Positions 62,429 to 64,000 of a stretch of 64,000 nucleotides of DNA are shown in pieces. Each line of letters starts with the position of its first letter. Position 1 is the first letter of the stretch. Under the pieces are notes generated by a model, which saw only the letters and a list, made by a program, of their open reading frames with translations, searched no databases and had not been told where the DNA came from. The position numbers and the translations under genes were made by a program. The DNA is from Candidatus Limnocylindrales bacterium (GTDB taxonomy: Bacteria > Chloroflexota > Limnocylindria > Limnocylindrales > CSP1-4), in the NCBI GenBank assembly GCA_046707905.1, contig JBKKDM010000126.1, positions 2,405 through 66,404 on the forward strand, read 5' to 3'.

Positions 62429-62711
62429 CTATTTCCTGCCGCTGTACGGCTCCGGCGCCGTCGGCACATCGCCCTCCAGGATCAAGCCCCGCACGGCCCA
62501 AGCGCATTCCAGTGGCCGGTGATTCGTCGACTCCCACACGGCCGTGAGGCCCTTGTAGGCACCCTCACCCACGAGCACTGTCGTTACGATCGAAGTGCTG
62601 CCCGGGTACTTGATGGTTGTGAATGAGCCCTCCCAGCCACCTTCCTCGTTCTCGATGCGCCATGTGCCCGTACCGACCGTGGTGACGGTTGCGCTCTCGT
62701 AAGCGATTCAT
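62429..62711 (-). CDS. Hypothetical small protein; the protein-like frame lacks a start unless 1 nt is removed just after ATG 62711
   Basis: The RBS GGGAGAAGAG and ATG 62711 are followed in frame by Arg-rich junk. The adjacent frame reads IAYESATVTTVGTGTWRIENEEGGWEGSFTTIKYPGSTSIVTTVLVGEGAYKGLTAVWEST... down to TAG 62429-62431. Confidence 0.4.
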
Positions 62712-62761
62712 GGCTCTTCTCCCTGAGAGTTTGCGGTCGAGTGGGTGCTGGTCTTGATGGG

Positions 62762-63877
62762 CTATGGCTGCCATGCCCCGCGCGTCGCCCCTTCGACCAG
62801 CAGCGCCGGCTCGCCACCGTCGATGCCGACCGTCCAGAGATCCCCGACCGCCGAACCGTCTTGCGTCGTGGGGCCCCTCTCCTTCGAGAACATGATCCTC
62901 TCGCCATCGGCTGACCAGCTGTGGGGCGGAAAGCCGGCGTACATCCAAGCGGTTGCCAGGGTCCGCGACATCCCGGTCCCGACGTTGACGACCTTCAGGT
63001 GGTCCCCCACGAGGTAGGCGAGATCCTGTCCACTCGGCGACCAAATGGGGAACAAGACACTGTCCCCGCCGGAGTCCTGACCGGGTCGGACGACCGCTCG
63101 TGCCTCCGTGCCGTCTGCGTTCGATACATAGACCTTGGAGAGATTCGAATCGCGACCCGCGAACGCCAGGCGAGACCCATCGGCAGCGACGCTGGGCATG
63201 AACGAGATGAGGAGGAGGTCCTCCGCGGCGACCTGCTGAGCGGGCGACCCGTCGATCGGCAGCTTCCAGACTTCCTGCAGGGGACACAGTGGAGGAACCG
63301 GATTCGACAAGGTGTCCCCGTTGCGCGAGGTGCAGGGTCCGCTTGTCTGGTCCCGGACGATCCATACCCAAATCGAGCGACCGTCGGGCGCCCAGAACCC
63401 TGGAATCTCTCGAGCCCTCGTATAGCGATCGGGCAATGGCAACTGTGTTTGCAGCGCGCCATCGATGCCGTAGATGTTGATTTGGAGTTGGGTCTGGGCC
63501 CACGCTTGGAGGCGGGTGGAATCCGGCGACCACCACGGCGCGAACGATCTGTTTGCGAGGGTCGCCACCTCGTCGCCGCCGGGCTCGCGGATTACGGCCG
63601 TGCTCCGAGCAGTATCGAAGGACAGGAAGTGGCGACCATTGGGAGCCCAGGGGGATCCGTCGAACAGGGTGGCACCTTCGGCGACTCTGGTTCGGTTGCT
63701 CCCGTCGGCGTCCGCCAGGAAGATGTCGCCGTCCAGCCCGTAGAGGAGCTTCTCCGGATCGGGCGGACGCTCCAGGAGGCGGCCGCCGACGAGGGCCGCA
63801 GTGCCGACCATGGCCAACATCAGCAGGAGCAGAAGCACGGCCACGGATGGACGGAGTGCGAGCACGCTTGCACGCAA
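62762..63877 (-). CDS. TolB-like PD40 beta-propeller protein with an N-terminal TM anchor
   Basis: PD40 repeats are present (WAPNGRH, WWSPDS, FWAPDGRS, IWSPSGQD, HSWSADGE), with the TM helix VAVLLLLLMLAMVGTAALV. The same frame stays open with no stop up to nt 64000, so the true start may be TTG 63877 or lie beyond the window. Confidence 0.65.
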   Translation of the reverse strand: MRASVLALRPSVAVLLLLLMLAMVGTAALVGGRLLERPPDPEKLLYGLDGDIFLADADGSNRTRVAEGATLFDGSPWAPNGRHFLSFDTARSTAVIREPGGDEVATLANRSFAPWWSPDSTRLQAWAQTQLQINIYGIDGALQTQLPLPDRYTRAREIPGFWAPDGRSIWVWIVRDQTSGPCTSRNGDTLSNPVPPLCPLQEVWKLPIDGSPAQQVAAEDLLLISFMPSVAADGSRLAFAGRDSNLSKVYVSNADGTEARAVVRPGQDSGGDSVLFPIWSPSGQDLAYLVGDHLKVVNVGTGMSRTLATAWMYAGFPPHSWSADGERIMFSKERGPTTQDGSAVGDLWTVGIDGGEPALLVEGATRGAWQP

Positions 63878-64000
63878 CGCGCCAAGCGGCCACCTCGACG
63901 CGATCCGGCCGGCCGGCCAGCGGCTGCCCAGGCCCGCCAGATGCGCCGGCCGCGGCTTGTGGTTGGCGATGGCCGCCTGCAGCCGCTCGAGCCCGCCGGC

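Noticed and set aside
1-64000. CRISPR arrays, IS elements or transposases, integrases, toxin-antitoxin pairs, restriction-modification genes or other recognisable defence systems.
   Set aside because: No regularly spaced repeats were seen. No DDE, serine- or tyrosine-recombinase, nuclease-methylase or typical TA motifs were seen in any supplied translation. Absence by eye is not proof; a DefenseFinder/PADLOC and ISfinder scan would be decisive.

Overview
High-GC (about 70% by eye) actinobacterial-type chromosomal DNA, densely coding on both strands, with roughly 60 supportable CDS. I saw no rRNA, intact tRNA, CRISPR array, transposase or integrase. All family calls come from reading the supplied translations and motifs from memory; nothing was searched. 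Many starts are uncertain because GTG/TTG starts and long Arg/Pro-rich shadow ORFs are common at this GC content.

Positions 1-44.9 kb look like ordinary chromosome:
- a KdpD-C/KdpE-like two-component pair followed by two tandem KimA-type K+ transporters;
- a GT-C-like membrane protein, GerW, and DUF427;
- a sulfite-oxidase-like Mo enzyme / ferredoxin reductase / DUF6510 operon;
- a GDE-like plus GH65 glycosidase pair;
- an MFS transporter next to a proline-racemase-family protein that lacks both catalytic Cys;
- an EXLDI protein with a DrrAB-type ABC exporter;
- a BNR protein and a Tet(M)-like ribosomal-protection GTPase;
- a CGNR regulator with a giant double-FtsX permease and a double-NBD ATPase;
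- a translationally coupled pair of dynamin/HSR1-like GTPases;
- a LysR-controlled family-5 peptide ABC importer whose second ATPase is fused to a beta-lactamase-fold serine hydrolase.

The right third is the unusual part. Two direct 56-nt copies of the 3' half of a tRNA-Gln(CUG) lie at 44990-45045 and 56232-56287. They bracket an 11.2-kb cargo block carrying redox and membrane proteins, a DICT/USP-like protein, a HEAT::SPS-like GT4 and a GT1. Right of the second copy, GC and coding density drop. That stretch holds an Ltp prophage-type lipoprotein, a DNA ligase remnant, an in-frame TGA and three 1-nt frame breaks. This pattern fits old tRNA-targeted integrative elements, or a decayed prophage, whose integrase and intact tRNA are not in the window.
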